From Chitinophaga pinensis (GTDB lineage: Bacteria; Bacteroidota; Bacteroidia; Chitinophagales; CAIOSU01), in the NCBI GenBank assembly GCA_945901065.1, contig CAMDKI010000004.1, positions 103,247-167,246 of the forward strand: 64,000 bases of DNA, read 5' to 3'. This document shows positions 27,564 through 35,785 of this stretch, piece by piece (within the stretch, counting starts at the first letter, position 1; each line of letters opens with the position of its first letter). The notes below the pieces were generated by a model that had not been told where the DNA came from, did no database searches, and was given only the letters and a program-made list of their open reading frames with translations. Position numbers and translations under genes: made by a program.

Positions 27564-27691
27564 ATAGATGCAGCCGTTTTCCCAGTTTTTAAGGTAGGTA
27601 AGGTTTGGCAATAATAGCTATTTTAAACTAGCACGAAAGTCACTATTGTGTGCTGGTAACTTTCGGGGTGGTCAGTATAGGTTACCCCGTA

Positions 27692-28900
27692 TCAGTGGCT
27701 AACCAACATGTTTTCTATCACCTCATAGGCTGATTCGCAAGCGCCATGCACGGTTGCTTGGTTATCAATGGAAAGGGCTTCTCCTGCAAAAAACACCTTA
27801 TTTAGCAATGGTTTCTTTACCTCTGCTACAATATCGTACTGGCTTCCATCAAATGAGTACGAATATGCCCCTTGAATGTAAGGCTCTGCCGACCAATTTT
27901 GAATAACGTGCTTTACGTAATTTTTAGATGCCTTACCCTCAAATATTTCATCTAGCTCGGCTATAAACTTGTTAATAATCTCGGCCTTGGTTTTCAATTG
28001 GGCATATGGGGTGGCTTTATCGTTAATGGCAAAAAGTGCCAGAATATGTTTAGTAGCGTCTTTGCCGAATGCTGCATCGTAAATAAATTTTTCATCGTCT
28101 CTCATCGCTTGTATGACAGTACCAAAACCCAACATATCAGGATAGAACCTTTCTTTAAATTCAACGAAAATCTTAATGCCATCGCCCATGTAAATGCGGT
28201 TTATAGCTTTGGTTTTGCTAGCCGGCAACATTGGCTGGAAATCAATCAGCTGGCTCTGAAGGATTTTTATGGGAGCGGTTACCAGCACCTTATCTGCTTG
28301 ATACGTTTCGTCATTTGCGGTTTTCAGCACCACCCGCTCACCACTATAATCAATCTCCACAATGGGCTTATTGTAAACAATCTTGCTTTGTACATGTGGC
28401 AAAATGTATTGCTCAAAGTAGCTGTGCCAAGTGATGTTTTTAAATTTCCACTCGCTATAAAAATGGCTTATGTAGTTGTGTGCATGCAGTTTGCCATTGT
28501 TCCATGACTTTACACTTTGCGGGTTGTAAACAACGATGTCTATGTTGGCCTTTTCATCCGGATTGTTGATGATGTCTGCCAAAATAGAAGGGTCGACATG
28601 TATCCATTCTGCCCCGGTATCAATGGGGAAGTCGGCAAAGCCATCAACCCTTTTTACCCTACCCCCAAATACAGGTGCCGCTTCAATAATCTCAAACTCC
28701 ACTCCATATCTTGATAATAGGTAGCCAGCCGCTAAGCCAGCCGCCCCAGCGCCCACAATAATTACTTTGCCCGAAAAATTGGTTTTAAACTTCGGGAAAA
28801 TAGAGTCATCCTTACCGCACGACTCTAGCAAAATCGCGGAAAGAAATGGAAAACCAATGCCCAACGCTAAGGCTTTTGAGATAAAATCCTTCCTAGTCAT
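27692..28900 (-). CDS. flavin-dependent amine oxidase family protein (NAD(P)/FAD-binding), probable Tat/Sec-exported
   Basis: VIIVGAGAAGLAAGYLLSRYGVEFEIIEAAPVFGGRV is the dinucleotide-binding GxGxxG + E…GGR motif. The C-terminal FFAGEA motif is typical of the amino_oxidase family. The N-terminus MTRKDFISKALALGIGFPFL resembles an export signal. Confidence 0.85.
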   Translation of the reverse strand: MTRKDFISKALALGIGFPFLSAILLESCGKDDSIFPKFKTNFSGKVIIVGAGAAGLAAGYLLSRYGVEFEIIEAAPVFGGRVKRVDGFADFPIDTGAEWIHVDPSILADIINNPDEKANIDIVVYNPQSVKSWNNGKLHAHNYISHFYSEWKFKNITWHSYFEQYILPHVQSKIVYNKPIVEIDYSGERVVLKTANDETYQADKVLVTAPIKILQSQLIDFQPMLPASKTKAINRIYMGDGIKIFVEFKERFYPDMLGFGTVIQAMRDDEKFIYDAAFGKDATKHILALFAINDKATPYAQLKTKAEIINKFIAELDEIFEGKASKNYVKHVIQNWSAEPYIQGAYSYSFDGSQYDIVAEVKKPLLNKVFFAGEALSIDNQATVHGACESAYEVIENMLVSH

Positions 28901-29477
28901 GCCTTTCGTTTTTGTATTTTAAGTGAATAAGAATACCTGTTGATAAACCGATGAAAGCCGTGTTGACGGCATCGAAACGCAGTTGCCTGCCGTAGTATGC
29001 CTTAAAATAGAAACCAAACGCTTTGCGCGGGGCCACGCCAAAGCCCAAACTAATGTTCGGTACGAAACTGTGCAACTGCTTGTAGCTGTATTCAATTTCG
29101 CCTGTACCCAGGTTTAGTATGCCATCTTCCTTCTTGAAAGTGAGCAAGTATCCAGTTCCTAACGCTGCCAAAAGGAAAAACCGCTTATCGCGTTTCTGCC
29201 ACTGGTATAATACTTCGGGGTTAAAGAGCACATTATGTGATACCCTTGGCTGGTGGTAATAGCCTACCTGCGGCAGCAACTGTAAGCTATGCGTTTTGAT
29301 TCGTTGATTGGCTGAGGTTTTTTCCCAAGTCTTTAAGGTAAAGGCATAACCCACCGTGCCACCAACGTTAGTAAAATATGGGCCGAAGTACCCTACCTGC
29401 AGCGTATTAGGTGCTTTTTGAGCAAAAAGGTTGCCACTAAGCAACAAGGTAATGATAAGCCCCAATAGTGTTTTCAT
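28893..29477 (-). CDS. hypothetical outer-membrane beta-barrel-like protein
   Basis: 194 aa with a signal peptide (LLGLIITLLLSGNLFAQ) and alternating aromatic/Gly-rich beta-strand pattern. Its stop overlaps the amine oxidase start by 8 nt, so they form an operon. Confidence 0.55.
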   Translation of the reverse strand: MKTLLGLIITLLLSGNLFAQKAPNTLQVGYFGPYFTNVGGTVGYAFTLKTWEKTSANQRIKTHSLQLLPQVGYYHQPRVSHNVLFNPEVLYQWQKRDKRFFLLAALGTGYLLTFKKEDGILNLGTGEIEYSYKQLHSFVPNISLGFGVAPRKAFGFYFKAYYGRQLRFDAVNTAFIGLSTGILIHLKYKNERHD

Positions 29478-29640
29478 CGGTTGTTTTTTGATGATGCTTT
29501 AGCCCATAACGTTATTAATCATTAATCAAGTATGGCTGCAGCTTCCGTACTTTGCACAAAATGGGTTGCTGATGTTTGATATAACGATGGGGTAAAGATA
29601 AACAGCCTAGATTATTGGCCATTTGATTTATGTCACAAAA

Positions 29641-30216
29641 TCATTTGGCCCGCAGGCGACTGAGCGTTTCGCGAGAAATACCTAAAAAGGAAGCGATATA
29701 GGTTAATGGCACGCGCTTGAAAACATTGGGTTCTTGCGCCAATAAGGCAGTGTACCGCTCCCGTGCCGACCGCAAGTGAGTATAGAACAGCTTATCTTCC
29801 AGATACAGGCAGTACTCGCCAATAACTTGGTTAATGAAATTGGAAATCTCGATATTCTCAGCCATGAGCGGCTTGATGCCGTTTACGTTGAACGATAACA
29901 GGGTGCTATCTTCCAGCAGTTCAATCGTTTCCCTCGATGGCAGGTTGTTGTAGTTTCGCAACGACCCTACCATTTCGTTTTCAAAAGCAAACCAACTGTT
30001 TATCTCTGTGCCGTTGTGTAGGTAATAGCTACGGGCCGCACCCTTGACCAATAGGTAGGCATATCCGCTGGTCTGGTTCGTTTTTATCAGTTCATGTTTT
30101 TTAGGATAGTGCAATACTTTCACATTAGGCGTTAGCAGCCCAATTGCCGTTTCAGTCAATTTGGGCCTATACCTTTCGAAGAAAGCATCCATAATGTCTG
30201 CACTATCCACTAACAT
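29641..30216 (-). CDS. Crp/Fnr family transcriptional regulator
   Basis: A cNMP-binding-like beta-roll (YLLVKGAARSYYL..GTEINSWFAFENEMV) and a C-terminal HTH (VPLTYIASFLGISRETLSRLR). Track ORF 29641..30345 trimmed to the ATG at 30216; the ATG at 30192 is an alternative. Confidence 0.8.
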   Translation of the reverse strand: MLVDSADIMDAFFERYRPKLTETAIGLLTPNVKVLHYPKKHELIKTNQTSGYAYLLVKGAARSYYLHNGTEINSWFAFENEMVGSLRNYNNLPSRETIELLEDSTLLSFNVNGIKPLMAENIEISNFINQVIGEYCLYLEDKLFYTHLRSARERYTALLAQEPNVFKRVPLTYIASFLGISRETLSRLRAK

Positions 30217-30359
30217 GATTTTAGGGTTGCTTATAATGTAATAGCTTCGCCTCTGTAAAGTTATTGCATTAATATGAAGTGGAGGACTTGAGATGATGTT
30301 GAGAAGCCTTTGCCTGTTTTGCAAGTCTATGCTTCGGCTGGGCATTGAACATGCCCCTT

Positions 30360-30489
30360 CGGATTTTCAATCCAAATGATGGAGCTACGGATTCGTAATT
30401 CGTTTAATTGCGGGCACATATTTCACTACTGGTGTTGCGGGCGGATTACAAATCCGCAGCTCGGTTGCGTCGGATTATAAATCCGACGC
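30360..30489. repeat. four GGATT-N-AATCC-type hairpins (two degenerate, two intact)
   Basis: CGGATTTTCAATCCA (30360..30374, degenerate), ACGGATTCGTAATTCGT (30387..30403, degenerate), GCGGATTACAAATCCGC (30441..30457) and GCGTCGGATTATAAATCCGACGC (30467..30489, 10-bp stem). Confidence 0.8.
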
Positions 30490-30521
30490 GGCAGGGTTTT
30501 GCAATATAAATGCAACCACCT

Positions 30522-31259
30522 CTAAAAACTCACCGACAACGAGCCACCCAACCCTTGGCTACGGAAGGGGTGTAAACGAAGTTGGGCCTTATCGCCTACA
30601 TTAAAATCGAGCAAACTGGTTATTCCTTTGGCGTTGCGCCTATTGGTTCGGGCGGCTATTATGGGTGCATCTATCATCGACCATAGCCAAGTACCATATA
30701 CCGAAATCATGCCTACCGTAAACTGCGCATTGGCACCACGGTTGTATCCGCCATAATCGTAGCATTGGTATATCCCGTTGGCATCGTAGTAGCAACTGGT
30801 TTCGTAATAGTCGTAGCCGCCGCGGTAGCTAGTGGCCGCGGTAATAATACCGCCCATCCACAAGGCGCTCATGGCAGCACCTTTGCCATATTGGCGGTTG
30901 TAGTACTGTCCTCCGCCGGGTACTATAAACGAGAATAACCAAGCTAAGCCTGGCGAACGGTAGGCGCTGCCTACCAATTGGCGGCGGCCATTATAGGAAG
31001 TGCCTGGCACTTGATTCATTTGCAGCGGGCTAACCACTTCGGTAGTGCCATTCTCAAACTGGATAATAAATACCTTGCCACGCTCAACGCGGTAAACAGG
31101 GCCTTCGAGGTTGTCGTGGCGCTTGTAAACCACCTCGGTGGTAGTTATTTCCTGCACCTTGGCTTTTACTTCGGTGCCGTCTTTTAAAACGATATTGTCT
31201 TGTGCGCTTGCAAACCAGCAAACGAAAACAAGTGCGAATGCGATAGCGAAGGTTTTCAT
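30522..31259 (-). CDS. hypothetical exported/membrane protein
   Basis: Trimmed to the ATG at 31259 (MKTFAIAFALVFVCWFASAQ). It has an N-terminal beta-rich domain (IVLKDGTEVKAKVQEITTTEVVYKR), then a hydrophobic segment with an FIVPGGGQYYN motif and a Tyr/Gly-rich tail. Confidence 0.55.
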   Translation of the reverse strand: MKTFAIAFALVFVCWFASAQDNIVLKDGTEVKAKVQEITTTEVVYKRHDNLEGPVYRVERGKVFIIQFENGTTEVVSPLQMNQVPGTSYNGRRQLVGSAYRSPGLAWLFSFIVPGGGQYYNRQYGKGAAMSALWMGGIITAATSYRGGYDYYETSCYYDANGIYQCYDYGGYNRGANAQFTVGMISVYGTWLWSMIDAPIIAARTNRRNAKGITSLLDFNVGDKAQLRLHPFRSQGLGGSLSVSF

Positions 31260-31378
31260 AATAGCGGAGGTTGAGTGTGCCATTTAACGATAAAAAGGCG
31301 TAATTATTGTTGATTTACGAACTAATTGATTAGGTCAATTCTATAATTCTATAAATTCTGATTCGGAAGGTAGCCCAC

Positions 31379-32383
31379 TCAGTTCATCAACTTAAACACC
31401 AACTCCCGCAGCAAATCGCCTTCGTTGCCCGTAAAGTCAACGCCTTTGCTTTTAAGGTCGTATTCGTGCATCAAGGCCACGCTTTTTTCGGCATCGGCTT
31501 GGGTGTAATATTTGCCGTAGGTGCGCATGTTTTGCACCGCACCCCAATACGTTCCCAACGATTTCATTAGCTCGTTGTCGTTTTGGTTTTTGTAATGGAA
31601 GTAAGCATATGCCTTGCTATAAAAGCTATACAAAAAAGCAATAACCATAATAGGGTGGTGCTCTTTAGGGTTGTTGCCAAAGTATGTGGCAATCTTTTGT
31701 GCCTTGCCTTGGTCTTTCTTCACCAAGGCATCGGTAAGCTCAAATACGTTGTAGTCTTTGCTTATGCCGATGTACTTTTCAATATCGGCGCTGTTTATGG
31801 GGCGGCCGGGTTGGGCATTAATGGCCAGTTTATCAAGCTGGTTTTCAATCTTGCTCAGGTCATTGCCTAGGTATTCCACTAAAAGGTTGGCGGCGTGCGG
31901 GTCAAGGCGTAGGCCAATGGCTTGTGCTTTGGCATCTACAAACTTCGGTAGCTGAATGTCCTTAAGCTTCTCGGAGTTCATAAACACCCCGTTCTTCTCT
32001 ACCGATTTCTGTGCCTTAGTGCCTTTACGGAACTTCTTATACTTGTAGCAGATAACAAAAATGGTGCTCGGCATCGGCTTGTCAAAGTAGCTATCCAGCT
32101 TGTCCAGGTAGTCGTAGTTCTGGGCTTCTTTCAAAATCACCACTTGCTTTTCGCTCATCATGGGGTAGCGGCGCACAATGTCCATCAAGGTTTGGTGGTT
32201 CACATCGCGGCCATATACGATAGTTTGGTTGAAGCTTTTCTCCGCTTCACCCAGCGCGTGTTCCTCAATAAAATCGCTCACCTTATCAATAAAATAAGGT
32301 TCTTCGCCTTGCAGGAAGTAAATGGGCGCAAAGGTGCGCGCCTTAAGGTCTTTAATAATGTCGCTATATTCCAACGATGGCAT
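31379..32383 (-). CDS. holA: DNA polymerase III subunit delta
   Basis: 334 aa. APIYFLQGEEPYFIDKVSDFIE at the N-terminus, the length and the helical C-terminal domain fit HolA. Confidence 0.85.
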   Translation of the reverse strand: MPSLEYSDIIKDLKARTFAPIYFLQGEEPYFIDKVSDFIEEHALGEAEKSFNQTIVYGRDVNHQTLMDIVRRYPMMSEKQVVILKEAQNYDYLDKLDSYFDKPMPSTIFVICYKYKKFRKGTKAQKSVEKNGVFMNSEKLKDIQLPKFVDAKAQAIGLRLDPHAANLLVEYLGNDLSKIENQLDKLAINAQPGRPINSADIEKYIGISKDYNVFELTDALVKKDQGKAQKIATYFGNNPKEHHPIMVIAFLYSFYSKAYAYFHYKNQNDNELMKSLGTYWGAVQNMRTYGKYYTQADAEKSVALMHEYDLKSKGVDFTGNEGDLLRELVFKLMN

Positions 32384-32401
32384 GTGGCAAAGATACTAAT
32401 A

Positions 32402-32739
32402 GCTTGCCTCGTTTCAAACGAGGGACCACAGTCCACCGTCCATGGTCGACAGAAAAAAGAATGCAAGTTGGATAGAGATTAAAAATTCAAAATTTAAAAT
32501 TCAAAATTAGGAATGAGCGTAGGTTATACCGCCGTTCAAAAACTTTTAACTTACTTTGTTTCTGTCAGTGACTAGTGAATAGTAACTAGCGACTAGATAT
32601 AAAAAAGACTCATTAAACATTTAAGCGCAGTGCTGATTTTTTTCGCTTCGAAATACACCTCCCTAACCCTCCTTCCTAGGAGGGAAGTGTTGTTGGGTAT
32701 TTTAAAGTCTTGATACTTGATACTCAATACTCAATACTG
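32402..32739. repeat. cluster of four different heptamer arrays plus two hairpin elements in one divergent intergenic region
   Basis: GCTTGCCTCGTTTCAAACGAGG hairpin (32402..32423). Four arrays: 32424..32451 (GACCACA GTCCACC GTCCATG GTCGACA), 32483..32510 (AAATTCA AAATTTA AAATTCA AAATTAG), 32566..32600 (CAGTGAC TAGTGAA TAGTAAC TAGCGAC TAGATAT) and 32709..32739 (CTTGATA CTTGATA CTCAATA CTCAATA CTG). Palindrome CCCTCCTTCCTAGGAGGGAAG around 32668..32690. Confidence 0.85.
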
Positions 32740-32744
32740 AAAAA

Positions 32745-34157
32745 ATGAAACTAGAAGGTAAAATAGGATTGGCAGGCGGTGTGGCCTTGGTAGTTGGCGG
32801 GGTAATAGGTATGGGTGTGTATGCCCTCATACCCAACATAGCTGCCAACGCGGGTTATGCCAGTTGGCTATCTATTAGCATTGCCTTGGCCATATCTGTA
32901 TTGGGTGTGTTGCCCGTAATACAGATAAGCAGTGCCTTGCCCGTGGCAGGTGGTGGCTATTTATGGTGCAGCCGCATGTTACACCCATTGGCTGGGGTAT
33001 TGGTTTCTTTTTGGGCAGTGTTGGGCGGTGGCAGTTCCGTTTGTTTGGTGGCTTATGCCTTGGCCGAGTTGTTATTGCCCTCGGCGGCACCTTACTTGCC
33101 CGGTACTTGGAGTCCCCATTTGTTTGCGGCGCTTATTATAGGAGGCTTTTATGTATTCTACCTTACTGGGCTGCGGCTGCTTACCAGTGTGCAGATATTG
33201 ATGAGCGTGCAGTTATTGATTTCGTTGGCTATATATGCTTTTGCGGTGGGTTTTACCGAAGGGGTGGAGTTCCATTTTGAATTACCGCACACCAGCACTT
33301 TTACTAAGTCCATCATATTGGCATTTAACGTTTGCTTGGGTTTCCAGATAATTGCAGAGCTAGGGGAGGAGATGAAAGATCCGAAACGCAACATTCCGCT
33401 TTCGCTATTAATTGGTGGGGCTTGCATTCTAGTGTCTTACATTGCCGTTACGATGACTTACATCGGCATTGTAGGAATCGATAATCTTGAAAGCTACGCC
33501 ACGTTAGAATCGCCATTAATAACCAGTTCGGAGGCTATATTGCCGGCCTTTTGGGTAAAATTTATTGAGTTGGGTGCCATTTTTGCCGCGCTTACCTCTT
33601 TCAATGCAGGTGCTATCGCTTTGCCAAGGGAGATATTCTCTATGGCGCGAGATAAGACTTTGCCATCATATTTCGGTAAGGTAAGCGCTCGCACCCAATC
33701 GCCTAACTGGGCGGTTACGCTGTTTTTCGCGTTTGTTATCGCAAGCCTATTTCTTGGCCATTACTTTGATACTGCTGGCATTCTCGATGACTATTTTTCG
33801 GGCAATAAGATTGATTATTACGCATTGATGGCCGTTTGCGGTATCATGCTACTAACTGTGTTTATTAGCATAGCAGTGTTGCGTTTGCCTAAAATGTATC
33901 CAGCCCAATATAAGGCATCCTATTTCCGCATGAGGCCTTGGGTGTTGAAAATAGTGGCCTGGTTTAGCATCCTTACCTCGGGTGGTTTTATAATATTGGT
34001 TAGTATGGAGGCTAAAATAGTTGGACTTATTTACTTGATTTTCACAGCTGTTATCATCGGGTATTTCTTGTATCGCAAGAACTATCTGGCCAAACAAGGC
34101 GTGGCTATAGGCACCTATCATGATATATTAAGTGGGCACGAAGAGTCTGAAGATTAG
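32745..34157 (+). CDS. APC family amino acid permease
   Basis: 470 aa with ~12 predicted TM segments. The N-terminal GVALVVGGVIGMGVYALIP and mid-protein AELGEEMKDPKRNIP motifs are typical of the AA_permease_2/APC superfamily. Confidence 0.85.
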   Translation: MKLEGKIGLAGGVALVVGGVIGMGVYALIPNIAANAGYASWLSISIALAISVLGVLPVIQISSALPVAGGGYLWCSRMLHPLAGVLVSFWAVLGGGSSVCLVAYALAELLLPSAAPYLPGTWSPHLFAALIIGGFYVFYLTGLRLLTSVQILMSVQLLISLAIYAFAVGFTEGVEFHFELPHTSTFTKSIILAFNVCLGFQIIAELGEEMKDPKRNIPLSLLIGGACILVSYIAVTMTYIGIVGIDNLESYATLESPLITSSEAILPAFWVKFIELGAIFAALTSFNAGAIALPREIFSMARDKTLPSYFGKVSARTQSPNWAVTLFFAFVIASLFLGHYFDTAGILDDYFSGNKIDYYALMAVCGIMLLTVFISIAVLRLPKMYPAQYKASYFRMRPWVLKIVAWFSILTSGGFIILVSMEAKIVGLIYLIFTAVIIGYFLYRKNYLAKQGVAIGTYHDILSGHEESED

Positions 34158-34180
34158 TGCATCATAATGTTTAACAGTAC

Positions 34181-34302
34181 GCCCCAAGGGGGCACAACAA
34201 TACTAGCGTCGGGCACCGCCCGACGTACGCATTGGGTTTCCGGAAATGCAATTTGTATATAGGGCGATGCCCTATTCTATTAGTATCTGACCCCTTTGGG
34301 GT
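34181..34302. repeat. series of five short GC-rich palindromes/hairpins between convergent genes
   Basis: GCCCCAAGGGGGC (34181..34193), CGTCGGGCACCGCCCGACG (34207..34225), TTTCCGGAAA (34237..34246), ATAGGGCGATGCCCTAT (34259..34275) and ACCCCTTTGGGGT (34290..34302). Confidence 0.75.
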
Positions 34303-34333
34303 GAAGAACGTATTGAGGAATAAAGCCAACCAA

Positions 34334-34789
34334 TCACTCTGGCTTAAAACCAACATCATCCAACCACGGACCGCCTTCGGCAGCAGCAACGGCCAGTTGG
34401 TCGCAGCGCTCATTTTCGGGGTGGTCGTTATGACCCTTTATCCATCTAAACTCAACCTTGAATTTTTTGGCAACGGCCAAGTATCGGCGCCAAAGGTCCT
34501 CGTTTTTTTTGCCCACAAAGCCTTTTTTTACCCAGCCAAACACCCAACCCTTACTCACAGAATCGACCACATACTTGCTATCCGAAAATACCCTTACCGT
34601 TAATCCTTCGCGAGTAAGTGCTTCAAGGCCTTTTATCACGGCCATCAATTCCATGCGGTTGTTAGTGGTGTGTTTGTATCCTTCGGCAAGCTCTTTTTCG
34701 TGGCCTTTATACCGCAATATAGTGCCATAGCCACCCCTACCAGGGTTGCCTTTTGCCGCGCCATCTGTATACATTTCCACTAAATCCAT
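34334..34789 (-). CDS. rnhA: ribonuclease HI
   Basis: MYTDGAAKGNPGRGGYG…TTNNRMELMAVIKGLEAL…VFSDSKYV…KGHNDHPENERCDQLA carries the D-E-D-D catalytic pattern of RNase H1. Confidence 0.93.
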   Translation of the reverse strand: MDLVEMYTDGAAKGNPGRGGYGTILRYKGHEKELAEGYKHTTNNRMELMAVIKGLEALTREGLTVRVFSDSKYVVDSVSKGWVFGWVKKGFVGKKNEDLWRRYLAVAKKFKVEFRWIKGHNDHPENERCDQLAVAAAEGGPWLDDVGFKPE

Positions 34790-34887
34790 GTTGCAAAGGT
34801 AAGGGGTTTATCAGCATTTTCCTGACCCATCGATTCAATTGTTGGGACGTTTACCTATTGTCATTTGAATGTTTAATAGCTATATTC

Positions 34888-35478
34888 ATGGCTATGAAAA
34901 GTATCTGTGTGTTTTGCGCCTCAAGCCTTGGGGAGCGGGAGGATTACCGGCAAGCAGCCGAAGCGGTGGGCAGTATATTAGCCCGCAACAATGTTAGATT
35001 GATATATGGCGGTGCCAAGGTGGGCCTTATGGGTGCCGTGGCCGATGCTGCGCTAAAAAGCGGCGGTAAAGTAACTGGTGTACTGCCTCATTTTTTGGCA
35101 GGCAAAGAGATAGCCCATACCAATTTGAGTGAATTAATTTTGGTAGAGAGCATGCACGAGCGTAAGCAGCAAATGTCGCAAATGGCCGATGGCTTTATTG
35201 CCTTGCCCGGCGGTTTTGGTACGTTGGAAGAACTGTTTGAAATCATTACTTGGGGCCAATTGGGCCTGCATCACAAACCAGTATTAGTGCTCAACATCAA
35301 TGGCTATTACGACCACTTGATAAAACTCCTCGACCACATGGCCGCTGAAGGTTTACTGAAAGAGCGCCACCGCCGAATGATGTTATTTACCGATAGGGTA
35401 GAAGATGCCTTAAACGAAATGCTGCACTACAGCCCGCCGGTGATTAATCCGCTCATTGATAAACACAGTAAGACATGA
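34888..35478 (+). CDS. LOG family protein (TIGR00730-type Rossmann fold; cytokinin riboside 5'-monophosphate phosphoribohydrolase-like)
   Basis: Trimmed to the ATG at 34888 (MAMKSICVFCASS…). IYGGAKVGLMGAVADAA and LPGGFGTLEELFE (PGGxGTxxE) are the family signatures. Confidence 0.88.
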   Translation: MAMKSICVFCASSLGEREDYRQAAEAVGSILARNNVRLIYGGAKVGLMGAVADAALKSGGKVTGVLPHFLAGKEIAHTNLSELILVESMHERKQQMSQMADGFIALPGGFGTLEELFEIITWGQLGLHHKPVLVLNINGYYDHLIKLLDHMAAEGLLKERHRRMMLFTDRVEDALNEMLHYSPPVINPLIDKHSKT

Positions 35479-35516
35479 AATAGGAAATGAAAAATAAGAA
35501 ACAATAAATAAGAAAC
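35475..35516. repeat. six in-phase degenerate heptamers (AAGAAAC type) starting on the stop codon
   Basis: ATGAAAT AGGAAAT GAAAAAT AAGAAAC AATAAAT AAGAAAC. The TGA stop of the LOG gene is at 35476..35478. Confidence 0.75.
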
Positions 35517-35690
35517 ACTTAGTATATAGTGCTTCCCTCCTAAAAAGGAGGGGCAGGGGTGGTGTAATTCGTCGAGTTGAACATGAGATTGCCAATAGTA
35601 ACATTGCGAGTGAATAGCATCAACTCGCAATTGTAGTACGCCAATCATAAACCAGCTTTAATTAGACAATTTCCTACCTGTAGCAAGCAA

Positions 35691-35762
35691 CACCTCCTCA
35701 TCCCTTCCTTCGACCTCGTTTAAAACGAGGCTCAGGACAGGCTCTTTTTAGGAGGGAAAATG
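35691..35762. repeat. partial copy of the 43070..43220 element (47-nt shared core with CTCGTTT-N-AAACGAG hairpin)
   Basis: 35702..35748 (CCCTTCCTTCGACCTCGTTTAAAACGAGGCTCAGGACAGGCTCTTTT) versus 43081..43127 (CCCTTCCTTCGATCTCGTTTGAAACGAGACTCAGGACAGGCTCTTTT). There are 3 differences: one in the loop and two forming a compensatory T-A to C-G stem pair. Confidence 0.85.
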
Positions 35763-35785
35763 TTATGTCCAAATTGCAATAAGAT

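Noticed and set aside
34171-34603. Track ORFs 34171..34413 (-) and 34232..34603 (+).
   Set aside because: One spans the hairpin series between convergent genes and the other runs antisense to the well-supported rnhA gene. Neither has recognisable motifs.
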